From NCBI GenBank assembly GCA_036741855.1, contig DAINRK010000001.1:1-39949 (forward strand): a stretch of 39,949 nt of DNA. Reading direction: 5' to 3'. The position numbers and the translations under genes were made by a program. Below, one piece after another: positions 1-9,353 of this stretch. Numbering within the stretch: position 1 is the stretch's first letter; the number at the start of each line of letters is the position of its first letter. This DNA is from Anaerolineales bacterium. Lineage in GTDB: Bacteria > Chloroflexota > Anaerolineae > Anaerolineales > Villigracilaceae. Below the pieces are notes generated by a model, which worked only from the letters and a program-made list of their open reading frames with translations, was not told the origin of the DNA and did not search any database.

Positions 1-1
1 A

Positions 2-217
2 GGAGCGGTTGGCACCTTTGAGGGAGCGTTCGGTGGAGCGATCACATTATTGACAGGTGATGGATCCAAAGCACTGGCGGTCGCTCTGACAGGCCGTTTG
101 TATAACTATATAAACAGTGGTGTCATCGGTGGGCTTGGTCTCTTGCGCGAAGGTCAGACTCTTTCAGGAATATATGAACAACTAAAAAATTTCAGAGCAA
201 AAAGTGACCAGGCATGA
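2..217 (+). CDS. 5'-truncated lysylphosphatidylglycerol synthase TM / flippase-like (UPF0104) membrane protein, C-terminal part
   Basis: Open frame from the window edge: GAVGTFEGAFGGAITLLTGDGSKALAVALTGRLYNY...KSDQA*. Fits the family's (P)GxxGxxE...A.A.AL..RL pattern. Stop overlaps the next ATG (ATGA, 214-217). Not in the ORF track. Confidence 0.7.
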   Translation, partial: GAVGTFEGAFGGAITLLTGDGSKALAVALTGRLYNYINSGVIGGLGLLREGQTLSGIYEQLKNFRAKSDQA

Positions 218-879
218 TTCCCCTCTATGATACGATTCGCACAAGAAAATTCCCTTTTATCAACTGGCTGCTGATCCTCGCGAATGCTGCAGTCTTCTGG
301 TATGAACTGCAGCTTGGGGAAAACGCACTGCAAAACTTCATCTTCACCTGGGGACTGATTCCTGCGGAGCTACTATCCAAGCCACAGCAGGAATGGCTGA
401 CGGTTTTCACAGCCATGTTTTTGCATGGAGGCTGGTTTCATATCATCAGCAATATGTGGGTGCTGTATATCTTCGGCGACAACATCGAAGAGCGAGTAGG
501 CAGCATGCGCTATCTGCTCTTCTATCTATTAAGTGGAATAGCTGCAGCTTCTCTTCAGGTCTTCATTTTGCCAAGTAGTTCTGTTCCCATGATCGGAGCA
601 AGTGGCGCCATCGCAGGTGTGCTAGGTGCTTACCTGGTCTCCTTTCCCGGTTCGCGCATTGCCAGCATCGTGCCTATTTTTTTCATCTTCACGATTGTGG
701 AAGTTCCGGCGATTCTTTTCTTAATATTATGGTTTGCATCCCAGTTGTATTCCGGATTGTTCGCCATGCAGGGAAGCGCCGGAAGTGGAATTGCCTGGTG
801 GGCACACGTTGGAGGGTTTCTTTTCGGTTTGATTATGGTGCCTTTCTTTCGCAGAAGGACTGTATATCGCGGTTATTAG
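214..879 (+). CDS. Rhomboid family intramembrane serine protease
   Basis: MFLHGGWFHIISNM, catalytic GASG and WWAHVGG motifs; about 6 TM segments. Confidence 0.95.
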   Translation: MIPLYDTIRTRKFPFINWLLILANAAVFWYELQLGENALQNFIFTWGLIPAELLSKPQQEWLTVFTAMFLHGGWFHIISNMWVLYIFGDNIEERVGSMRYLLFYLLSGIAAASLQVFILPSSSVPMIGASGAIAGVLGAYLVSFPGSRIASIVPIFFIFTIVEVPAILFLILWFASQLYSGLFAMQGSAGSGIAWWAHVGGFLFGLIMVPFFRRRTVYRGY

Positions 880-886
880 GAATTAA

Positions 887-981
887 ATGTCATTGCGAGG
901 GCAATGCTCTTCTGCCTGAAGCAATCTCCTTGAATTAGAAGATTGCTCACCTGCACTTGCATGCAGGTACAAGTGTGACAT
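887..981. repeat. Composite palindromic REP/RPE-like intergenic element
   Basis: Terminal IR ATGTCA(887-892)/TGACAT(976-981). Internal IRs CATTGC/GCAATG (891-906), AGCAATCT/AGATTGCT (920-947), ACCTGCA/TGCAGGT (949-968). Begins GTCATTGCGAG..GAAGCAATCTC. Confidence 0.65.
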
Positions 982-999
982 AGTGGTAATAGGAGAACA

Positions 1000-2025
1000 A
1001 TGGCTCGTCATTATTTTGTTACCGGGGGAGCGGGGTTTATCGGATCGAACTACGCACATCGGTTGATTCAGCGCGGCGCAAACGTGACCATCTTCGACAA
1101 TTTATCACGTGGAGGCGCTCCGCGTAATATCGCCTGGTTGGAGGAAACCTTTGGAAAAGGCGCGTTCAGGCTGATCGTCGGAGATTTGCGCGACGCTGAC
1201 CTGTTAAGGGAATCTGCAAAAGATGCGGATGTCATCGTCCATTTGGCGGGGCAGGTCGCAGTCACGACATCCGTAGTCAACCCGAGAGATGATTTTGAAG
1301 CCAACGCCCTGGGAACATTTAACACGCTGGAAGCTGCGCGTTTATCGGAACGGAACCCGATCTTTATTTATTCATCCACGAACAAAGTTTATGGCGGCAT
1401 GGAGGACGTGGAAATTATCGAGGAAGCGACGCGCTGGTTGTATGCAAACCTCGAACATGGCTGTTCGGAAGAGCAGCCGCTTGACTTTCATTCACCTTAC
1501 GGCTGCAGCAAGGGGACTGGCGATCAATATGTGCGCGATTACGCGCGGATTTACGGATTGCGTTCCGTGGTCTTTCGTCAATCCTGCATTTATGGACCTC
1601 GTCAATTCGGTGTGGAGGATCAGGGCTGGCTGGCATGGATGATGATCGCAGCCGTCACCGGAAAACAGATCACCATTTGTGGCGATGGCAAGCAAGTGCG
1701 TGATGTATTACATGTGAATGACTTATTGAATGCCTACGACCTGGCAATCGAGAAGATCGATGAAGTAAGAGGTGAGGTTTACAACGTAGGCGGCGGGACG
1801 CGCAATGTGATGGCCATTTGGGCCGAGTTTGGTCCCATTCTCGAGAGGTTGGTGGGCAGGAAGATCGAAGTCGCGCGTGCTGACTGGCGACCTGGCGATC
1901 AACGAGTCTTTTATGCCGACCTCCGTAAGGCGAAGCGTGAGCTGGGCTGGGAACCAAAGATCGATCTGGAGGAGGGAATGGAATTGTTATTTGATTGGAT
2001 CAACAAGAATAGAGAATTGTTTTAG
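1000..2025 (+). CDS. NAD-dependent epimerase/dehydratase, CDP-paratose 2-epimerase (RfbE)-like
   Basis: GGAGFIG, SSTNKVYG, YGCSK and FRQSCIYGPRQFGVEDQGW motifs; SD AGGAG upstream. Confidence 0.88.
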   Translation: MARHYFVTGGAGFIGSNYAHRLIQRGANVTIFDNLSRGGAPRNIAWLEETFGKGAFRLIVGDLRDADLLRESAKDADVIVHLAGQVAVTTSVVNPRDDFEANALGTFNTLEAARLSERNPIFIYSSTNKVYGGMEDVEIIEEATRWLYANLEHGCSEEQPLDFHSPYGCSKGTGDQYVRDYARIYGLRSVVFRQSCIYGPRQFGVEDQGWLAWMMIAAVTGKQITICGDGKQVRDVLHVNDLLNAYDLAIEKIDEVRGEVYNVGGGTRNVMAIWAEFGPILERLVGRKIEVARADWRPGDQRVFYADLRKAKRELGWEPKIDLEEGMELLFDWINKNRELF

Positions 2026-2069
2026 CCAGAAGAATATGATTCCACATTCCATGGCATACTGTGAATCGT

Positions 2070-3602
2070 ATGAGCAGCCAGCTTAATCGCCGCGATTTTC
2101 TGAAGCTAGCGGGACTCTTGCCCTTAAGCCTTTCGGCACCACGCCTGCTGCGAACCTTTGATGCGCCACAACAACTTCAGGGAAATCAAAAGAACGTAAT
2201 CGTTATCGTTTTCGACGCGTTCTCTGCGTATGATATTTCTCTCTATGGGTTTGCCCGCGAGACCACGCCGAATATCAACAGGCTGGCGAAGCGCGCCGTG
2301 GTCTATCACAATCACTTTGCCGGAGGGAATTTCACCACTCCTGGTGCCGGTTCCCTTTTGACAGGTGTGCTACCCTGGACGCATAGGGCGTTTGATCATA
2401 ATCAGAAGGTCGCCGATCCATTCGTAAAAAACAATATTTTTAGCGCCTTCGAGGATTATTATCGCATTTCCTATACTCACAACGGGTTCGCAAATACGTT
2501 ATTGAAGCAGTTTCATCAATATATTGATGAACCCATCGCCCGGGAGGCTTACTTTCTCGAATCTTTTGACACGTTGATTTCAGCGTTATTCAAAAACGAT
2601 GATGATATCGCCTCCATAGGCTGGCTTCGCAGTATGCGGATAAAAGAGAACGGAGGATATGCATATTCCCTGTTCCTCTCGCACATCTATGAAAGCATTC
2701 AGGAAAAGAGAATAGAGGATCTCGAAAAAATCTTTCCGCGTGGGATTCCCACCACCGGCGCCGATTACGGCTATCTACTGGAAACGGCTATCCACGCTGT
2801 GGGTCAGAGGCTCTCCGAAATTCCCCAACCCTTCTTCGGATATTTCCATTTTATGCCTCCTCATTATCCCTATCGCACACCACGCGAGTTCTATAATGTG
2901 TTCAAGGATGATGGCTTCAAAGATGTAGAAAAACCGGTTGATATCCTCGTCAGGCAGGTCATCAAAAACCTGCCAATGAAGCGCACGGAATATGACGAGT
3001 TCATCCTGTATTGTGACAGGGAGTTTGGCAAGCTCTATGAACAGTTGGAGTCATCTGGCTTGCTCGTAAACACCTGGCTGGTATTGACATCTGATCACGG
3101 CGAGATGTTCGAACGCGGTTTCGCCGGGCATGGCTCGAAGCTTTTGCACCAGCCGGTTGTCCGAATCCCATTGCTGATTTTTGAGCCGGGTCGCGATACA
3201 GGAATGGATATCCATGATTACACAAGCGCGGTTGATGTATTGTCCACCCTATCGTATGTGACTGGACATAAAACTCCAGAGTGGGAAGAGGGCATCGTCA
3301 TGCCGCCTTATGCAACCACGAATCCAGACTCTAATAGGAATATTTATGTGGTGCAGGCGATTGACAACCCCCAAAATGCCCCGCTGACCGAAGCATCGAC
3401 TGTAGTGATCAAGGAAAATTACAAACTTCATTATTACTTCGGGTATCCTGAAACGGGGAATGTTGAAATTGTAAAATTATTTGATATTAAGTCTGACCCC
3501 GATGAGATGATAGATCTGTATTCATCGAAAAAAGGGACTGCGCTGGAATTGCTCGATGAATTAAAGCGCAAATTGAAGGAAGTTAACGAACCGTACCTGT
3601 AA
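2070..3602 (+). CDS. Tat-exported sulfatase-like hydrolase/transferase (alkaline phosphatase superfamily)
   Basis: RRDFLK Tat motif; VIVIVFDAF, FTTPGAGSLLTG, HFMPPHYPY, TSDHGE and GHG motifs. Alternative start GTG 2061. Confidence 0.88.
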   Translation: MSSQLNRRDFLKLAGLLPLSLSAPRLLRTFDAPQQLQGNQKNVIVIVFDAFSAYDISLYGFARETTPNINRLAKRAVVYHNHFAGGNFTTPGAGSLLTGVLPWTHRAFDHNQKVADPFVKNNIFSAFEDYYRISYTHNGFANTLLKQFHQYIDEPIAREAYFLESFDTLISALFKNDDDIASIGWLRSMRIKENGGYAYSLFLSHIYESIQEKRIEDLEKIFPRGIPTTGADYGYLLETAIHAVGQRLSEIPQPFFGYFHFMPPHYPYRTPREFYNVFKDDGFKDVEKPVDILVRQVIKNLPMKRTEYDEFILYCDREFGKLYEQLESSGLLVNTWLVLTSDHGEMFERGFAGHGSKLLHQPVVRIPLLIFEPGRDTGMDIHDYTSAVDVLSTLSYVTGHKTPEWEEGIVMPPYATTNPDSNRNIYVVQAIDNPQNAPLTEASTVVIKENYKLHYYFGYPETGNVEIVKLFDIKSDPDEMIDLYSSKKGTALELLDELKRKLKEVNEPYL

Positions 3603-3627
3603 ATATTATCCCAGCTATTTTTATTAA

Positions 3628-4041
3628 TTAACGTCGTTTATAAAACAACGAGAAGACTAAAGCTCCAATTAACCCAAAAACCATATCGTGGATTGTATCT
3701 TCAAGTCCGCGCACCATGTGCGTACGAAGGAAAAAATCCACCGCGTTTTCATAAAATTCCCAAAAGATAATAGTCGTGCCAGTGCATGTAAAAGCAAGAA
3801 TAGTGTGAATGAGATCGGGAATATCTCCCACCATAGTTTGCGAATTCCTGATCGCGGATCTATATAAGTAAGTGATCGCGGCGCCGCCTAAAAGATGACT
3901 TGGGATGTCCAATGGCGGGAATAGATCATACAAACCAAAGGCAAGGCCAATTGCATAAATACAGATGACGCCGAGTGGCGCCCATGCCGCTTCGCGAAAC
4001 GTCACCAAGATCCAGGTTACAAGCTGTTGTTTTTTATTCAT
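3628..4041 (-). CDS. Small 4-TM membrane protein (DUF2238/VanZ-like)
   Basis: DIPSHLLGG...FWEFYE...EDTIHDMVFGLIGA pattern; GAGG SD and TAGAAT upstream on the minus strand. Confidence 0.75.
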   Translation of the reverse strand: MNKKQQLVTWILVTFREAAWAPLGVICIYAIGLAFGLYDLFPPLDIPSHLLGGAAITYLYRSAIRNSQTMVGDIPDLIHTILAFTCTGTTIIFWEFYENAVDFFLRTHMVRGLEDTIHDMVFGLIGALVFSLFYKRR

Positions 4042-4144
4042 CCATAGCCTCAGTGTAGTGATTCTATCAATATTAAAGCTTGCTCATACCTCTCGGTTAT
4101 AATTTCGCCACGCTCCATCGGGGCTTGAGACCTATGGAACCCAG

Positions 4145-5299
4145 ATGAAAATCCTCACAGTTCTTACTTATTACCGGCCACACACATCCGGCCTTACCAT
4201 TTATGCTGAGCGGCTCGCCCGCGCCTTTGCCAAACGCGGTCATCAAGTGACAGTGATGACCACTCAATTCGATCCCTCACTGCAGCGTGAAGAGACAATC
4301 GATGGCATCAAAGTGATTCGCGTCCCGGTGACGGCGCGTGTAAGCAAGGGAGTAATTGCTCCCACATTTGGGCTTGTGGCAACAAAACTGGTGGCACAGC
4401 ACGATGTTGTTCAAATGCATTTGCCTCAATTCGACGCGCCGGGCGTGGCGTTACGCGGTCGTCTTTTAGGGAAGCCGGCCGTGCTGACCTATCATTGTGA
4501 CTTATTACTGCCGCCCGGCCTCTTTAATCGGATTGTAAATACAGTCGTTCATTTAATGAATAATACGGCAGGGATGTTGTCGAATCACATTGTGACCTAT
4601 ACACGAGATTACGCAGATAACTCTCCCTATCTTTCACGCTACGCCTCCAAGCTTACCCCGATACTGCCTCCGGTTGAACTACCGGATCCACGTCCTGGCG
4701 CGGTCCAGGCTTTTGCTGAGAAACATCACGTTAAAGAACGGCGACCTGTTATTGGTATGGCTGCGCGCTTCGCCGCCGAAAAGGGGATCGAGGTCCTGCT
4801 GGATGCATTGCCTCTCATTTTAAATAAATATCCCAGGGCACAGGTGTTATTCGCGGGCACGTATGAAAATGTAATGGGTGAACAGGCTTATTCAGATCGA
4901 CTCATGCCGCGCATTCACGAATACGAAACGGCAGGTCATTGGACCTTTCTGGGCAACCTTAACCCTGTCCAAATGGCGGCATTCTATCCCAACCTCGATG
5001 TATTGACTGTCCCCTCCTTGAACTCGACTGAAGCTTTTGGGCTCGTCCAGATCGAAGCGATGATGAACGGAGTACCCTGCGTTCCATCCGCGTTGCCCGG
5101 GGTGAGGCAGCCGGTCATGATGCACGGAATGGGACGCGTGGCCAAAATTGGGGATTCAGATGATTTAGCGGAATCGATTCTCGATGTCCTGACCGAGCCG
5201 GAAAAGTTCCGCGGTGATGTGGAAGCCATCAAGAAGACATATAATCCTGATTCGATTGCGCAGGAATATGAGAAGTTGTTCAAGAGGTTGATGGGGTAA
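4145..5299 (+). CDS. Glycosyltransferase family 4
   Basis: GT-B motifs YYRPHTSG, RFAAEKG and EAFGLVQIEAM. Confidence 0.95.
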   Translation: MKILTVLTYYRPHTSGLTIYAERLARAFAKRGHQVTVMTTQFDPSLQREETIDGIKVIRVPVTARVSKGVIAPTFGLVATKLVAQHDVVQMHLPQFDAPGVALRGRLLGKPAVLTYHCDLLLPPGLFNRIVNTVVHLMNNTAGMLSNHIVTYTRDYADNSPYLSRYASKLTPILPPVELPDPRPGAVQAFAEKHHVKERRPVIGMAARFAAEKGIEVLLDALPLILNKYPRAQVLFAGTYENVMGEQAYSDRLMPRIHEYETAGHWTFLGNLNPVQMAAFYPNLDVLTVPSLNSTEAFGLVQIEAMMNGVPCVPSALPGVRQPVMMHGMGRVAKIGDSDDLAESILDVLTEPEKFRGDVEAIKKTYNPDSIAQEYEKLFKRLMG

Positions 5300-6090
5300 T
5301 GGCGATTCGTCAATCATCTAGAGAAAATCCTAAATCGAAGGATTTTCTTTTTCTTCAATTGCGAGACCTTCCGTATTTCCGTGCCTTTTTGCGCGCGGTG
5401 GAAAGTTCATATTATCAGGATTTGCCTCTTCTGGCGCCAATCTATGACGTGGGATGTGGCGATGGTCATTTTGCTTCGTTGACATTCGAGCAAAAAATTG
5501 ATGTGGGACTCGATCCCTGGCACGGACCAATCCATGAAGCCAAGAAGTTTGGCGCGTACAAATCCCTGGTGGAAGCCGATGGTGCGAAATCACCATTTCC
5601 GTCAGAATATTTCGCCAGCGGCTTTAGTAACTCGGTGCTCGAACATATCCCGCATATTGACGCGGTACTCACAGAGACCGCGCGTGTCTTAAAGAAGGAC
5701 GCGCCGTTTTATTTTTGTGTACCGAATACGAGATATCTGAGCGAACTTTCAATGTCCCGCGTTTTCGGCAAATCATATACAGAATGGTTTCGCCGCATCT
5801 CACGCGTCCAGCACGCAGACGAACCAGATGTTTGGAAGGAACGTCTGGACCGCGCGGGATTTGAAATGATACGGTACTGGCATTATTTTTCGCCCTCTGC
5901 TATGCGCGTGTTAGAATGGGGACATTATTTCGGCGTCCCCTCGGTGTTTGCACGGTTGCTCACTGGCAGGTGGATCATCGCCCCCACCCAATGGAATCTC
6001 GCGATGACGAAACGCTATGTAGGTAGATATGCCTCAACTGAGCCAGTGAAGGATGGGACGTTTACATTCTACATCGCAAAGAAGAGATAA
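5299..6090 (+). CDS. Class I SAM-dependent methyltransferase
   Basis: DVGCGDG, SNSVLEHIP and ETARVLK motifs; TAATG overlap with the GT4 gene. Confidence 0.92.
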   Translation: MAIRQSSRENPKSKDFLFLQLRDLPYFRAFLRAVESSYYQDLPLLAPIYDVGCGDGHFASLTFEQKIDVGLDPWHGPIHEAKKFGAYKSLVEADGAKSPFPSEYFASGFSNSVLEHIPHIDAVLTETARVLKKDAPFYFCVPNTRYLSELSMSRVFGKSYTEWFRRISRVQHADEPDVWKERLDRAGFEMIRYWHYFSPSAMRVLEWGHYFGVPSVFARLLTGRWIIAPTQWNLAMTKRYVGRYASTEPVKDGTFTFYIAKKR

Positions 6091-6100
6091 GAATAGCCGT

Positions 6101-6141
6101 AATGTGCGGTCATGATCTTCCAGTTCATGACTGCGCATTTT
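6101..6141 (+). terminator. 15-bp hairpin, possible terminator or REP-like element
   Basis: AATGTGCGGTCATGA / TCATGACTGCGCATT pairs fully with two G-U wobbles; only a short T run follows. Confidence 0.5.
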
Positions 6142-6308
6142 GCAGGATGTCCTCCCGATGAAGACTTAAATATTCAATCTGCCAATGCCTTGATCCTGTA
6201 GGGACCAGGGCCGGAAAGTATCCTTTACTAAGCTGGAACGTCTTGCCATTAACCCAGCAGGTATTTATCAGAACATTGATCTGAATTATTTTAGAGTTTG
6301 TCTCGACC

Positions 6309-7022
6309 ATGCCCTTCGACGAGAAATATTTTTCCACGCACACCTATGCTGATATCACCTTCGCCAAATACAGTATGTATTGGTGGTCGAATCGTTTCTA
6401 CGCGAAGCTTGCACGCCGCTATGGGAAACGTGGCGCGCGCTTGCTGGAGGTCGGCTCCGGTCTTGGGCATTTGGTGGGACAGTTGGAAGATTCATTTGAA
6501 ACTTATGGAATGGATGTAAATTATTGGGCGGTGAAACAATCGAAATCCGTGGTAGATAAGTCAGCTTTACAAACCGCGAGCGCGCAGGAACTTCCATTTA
6601 AAGATAGTACATTTAATGTTGTGATTATTAAACACATTGTTGAGCATTTGCCTGATCCCCAAAAGGCGATAGCAGAAATTGGAAGAGTCACTGAAGAAGG
6701 TGGCACACTGATCCTTGCCACGCCGAATCTCGATTCGCTGCTCAAGCCATGGAAGGGCGAAAAGTGGATTGGTTATCAGGATCCCACACACATATCATTG
6801 AAGAGTCCCACTGAATGGCTTTCGTTCATTAAAGAAGCAGGCTTTAGAATTCAACGCGTGTTTTCAGATGGTTTCTGGGATGTGCCTTACATCCCGATCA
6901 TTCCAAAACAAATCCAAAAGTTGACCTTCGGTTCGCTGGGTGGATTCCAGGCCATCTCTGGTTTTGTCTTCCTGCCCATGAGGTGGGGTGAGAGTATTAT
7001 GGTCATTGCAAGTAAAACATAG
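6309..7022 (+). CDS. Class I SAM-dependent methyltransferase
   Basis: LEVGSGLG, HIVEHLPDP, ATPN and DPTH motifs. Confidence 0.92.
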   Translation: MPFDEKYFSTHTYADITFAKYSMYWWSNRFYAKLARRYGKRGARLLEVGSGLGHLVGQLEDSFETYGMDVNYWAVKQSKSVVDKSALQTASAQELPFKDSTFNVVIIKHIVEHLPDPQKAIAEIGRVTEEGGTLILATPNLDSLLKPWKGEKWIGYQDPTHISLKSPTEWLSFIKEAGFRIQRVFSDGFWDVPYIPIIPKQIQKLTFGSLGGFQAISGFVFLPMRWGESIMVIASKT

Positions 7023-7028
7023 GGATAA

Positions 7029-9296
7029 ATGAACGACGAACTCCAAAACAACAGCCAGCCCGATGAGCCCAGTGTCCTTGATTATGTCAAGTCATTATTT
7101 CGGTTTGGCCGGGGCGAAAGGATTCGAATCCCTGATTTCTTCGAGGAAGTTCAGGAACAGCCTTTATCTCCATCCACAAATGGTGGTCAAGCGGATAAAG
7201 TTGTTCCGCATAAACCTGTCGAGCCATCCGAATTTCAACGGGTTGAACCAGTAGTCATCAAACCCGTCGCTGATTCTCAAGAGAAACCATCCATTCAAGA
7301 AGCCCGCCTTCAGCCGTTAACGCCCTTTCCGTGGCGTTCGCTGCTGGCGCTTCTCCTCGCATTGATCGGTCAGAGCAGATTCGAGCCGCCTGCCACCAGC
7401 GTGTCGCTTGGAATTGCTCTTTACATTGCAGCATTTGGTCTACTAGCGTGGGCAATTTATCGCGGTGAGTGGACTCTCGCCCCCAGTGCACAAACTTCCG
7501 AAGGCACAGATCCACTTACATACCGTCCGATTGCATTAGTTATTAGCATCATCCTTGGGCTTTGGGCATTTGTAATATTTAAGGGCAATTTCTTTACAAG
7601 AACGAATCTCATTGTATGGTGTCTTGCGATTGCGTTTCTGATATGGGCACTTTGGCTAAATCAAAGCGCTTTGAGATCTGTATTTAGTAAGACATCAACA
7701 TTTCTCCGACGTGATTCATGGACAATCAATATTTCACGCTGGACATTGCTCATCATTGCTGCAACGGTGCTTGTATTTTTCTTCCGCTTTTATCAAACCG
7801 GCAGTGTGCCTCCAGAGCCATTCAGTGATCATGCTGAAAAAATTCTCGACGTATACGAAGTGTCGCAGGGACAAACACACATTTTCTTTATACGTAACAC
7901 GGGCCGCGAAGGCTTCCAGATGTATTGGACCGTTCTAATTGCGAAACTGTTTGGCACTGGCTTTTCGTTTCTCAGTCTTAAGCTCGGCACAGCCATTCTC
8001 GGCTTTTTGACTCTGCCCTTCGTTTATTTGCTGGGGAAAGAGATAGGCGGGCAACGTGTTGGACTCTTGGCCTTCATCTTGGTGGGGATTGGATATTGGC
8101 CCAACGTGATCAGCAGAGTTGGACTTCGTTTTCCGCTTTATCCTCTCTTTGTTGCTGCCACGCTCTTCTTCCTGATCCGTGGCCTGCGAACCCGGCACCG
8201 AAATGATTTCCTGCTTTCAGGTATCTTCTTAGGAATTGGTTTGCATGGATACAGCCCATTCCGTATTGTGCCCTTTGTGGTGGTGGCCGCATTTGTTATC
8301 TATTGGCTTCATTCACAGTCCAGAGGTGCGCGCCGGGAAGCGATCATATGGCTGGCAGTGGTTGGATTGACATCCTTATTTGTTTTCCTTCCGCTTCTGC
8401 GATATTGGTATGACGACCCGGCAATGTTTGGCATTCGCGCGTTCACACGTCTAAGTAGCGTGGAACAACCTCTACCCGGACCTGCACATGAGATATTCCT
8501 TTCGAATACGTGGAATGCTCTTAAGATGTTCAATGTGAACGATGGGGAGATTTGGGTAAATTCCGTCCCCGGTCGCCCTGCTTTGGACACGGTCTCAGCA
8601 GCCCTGTTCCTGTTAGGTGTTGCATTGGTTCTTGTTCGGTATATCCGCCATCGTCATTGGCTGGATCTGTTCCTGCTTGTGTCCATCCCATTGCTATTGA
8701 TGCCATCCATTCTTTCGCTGGCATTCCCAGGTGAGAATCCCGCGCTCAACCGTGCTGGAGGCGCCTATATCCCAGCGTTCATTGTCGGGGCGATGGCACT
8801 TGATGGTCTCCTCACCGGCTTCGGGCGTGGAGGGATGCGAAGCCTCATGATGTGGATTTTCGCCGGAATCCTGTTGTATGTCTCTGCATCCCAAAATTAT
8901 GATCTGGTCTTCAACCAATATTACAAGCTTTTCAGGCAGTCATCATGGAATACGTCTGACATGGGTAAGGTAATTAGGGAGTTTGAGCAGACATATGGCA
9001 CAACGGAAAATGTCTGGATCGTGCCATTCCCATATTGGGTGGATACGCGCCTGCCAGCTGTGTGGGCAGGCATCCCGGACCGTGATATGGCTGTGTGGCA
9101 CGAGAATCTGGCAGTCACGTTAGAATTGACCGGACCGAAGTTGTTCATGGTGAAAGCTGATACTGAAAACCCTGACGGGAACGATCAGGCTTCACTGGAC
9201 GTCTTGGATGAGCTATACCCAAATGGGCAGTTGCGCATGTTTGACTCGGATGTGCCCGGCCATGATTTCTGGATTTTCTTGGTACCAGGTCAATAG
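7029..9296 (+). CDS. GT-C fold membrane glycosyltransferase (GT39/ArnT/PMT_2-like)
   Basis: More than 12 TM segments; RFYQTGSVPPEPFSDHAE loop, SRVGLRF, GIFLGIGLHGYSPFR; acidic low-complexity N-terminus. Confidence 0.82.
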   Translation: MNDELQNNSQPDEPSVLDYVKSLFRFGRGERIRIPDFFEEVQEQPLSPSTNGGQADKVVPHKPVEPSEFQRVEPVVIKPVADSQEKPSIQEARLQPLTPFPWRSLLALLLALIGQSRFEPPATSVSLGIALYIAAFGLLAWAIYRGEWTLAPSAQTSEGTDPLTYRPIALVISIILGLWAFVIFKGNFFTRTNLIVWCLAIAFLIWALWLNQSALRSVFSKTSTFLRRDSWTINISRWTLLIIAATVLVFFFRFYQTGSVPPEPFSDHAEKILDVYEVSQGQTHIFFIRNTGREGFQMYWTVLIAKLFGTGFSFLSLKLGTAILGFLTLPFVYLLGKEIGGQRVGLLAFILVGIGYWPNVISRVGLRFPLYPLFVAATLFFLIRGLRTRHRNDFLLSGIFLGIGLHGYSPFRIVPFVVVAAFVIYWLHSQSRGARREAIIWLAVVGLTSLFVFLPLLRYWYDDPAMFGIRAFTRLSSVEQPLPGPAHEIFLSNTWNALKMFNVNDGEIWVNSVPGRPALDTVSAALFLLGVALVLVRYIRHRHWLDLFLLVSIPLLLMPSILSLAFPGENPALNRAGGAYIPAFIVGAMALDGLLTGFGRGGMRSLMMWIFAGILLYVSASQNYDLVFNQYYKLFRQSSWNTSDMGKVIREFEQTYGTTENVWIVPFPYWVDTRLPAVWAGIPDRDMAVWHENLAVTLELTGPKLFMVKADTENPDGNDQASLDVLDELYPNGQLRMFDSDVPGHDFWIFLVPGQ

Positions 9297-9353
9297 TTCA
9301 CAAAATTTACTCCTGGCGGCATCCTCGCTGCTAAGGCCGGTGGCTAGAGCTGA

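Noticed and set aside
6125..6343. 72-aa minus-strand ORF between the methyltransferases
   Set aside because: Overlaps the start of the real gene at 6309 and has no family features.
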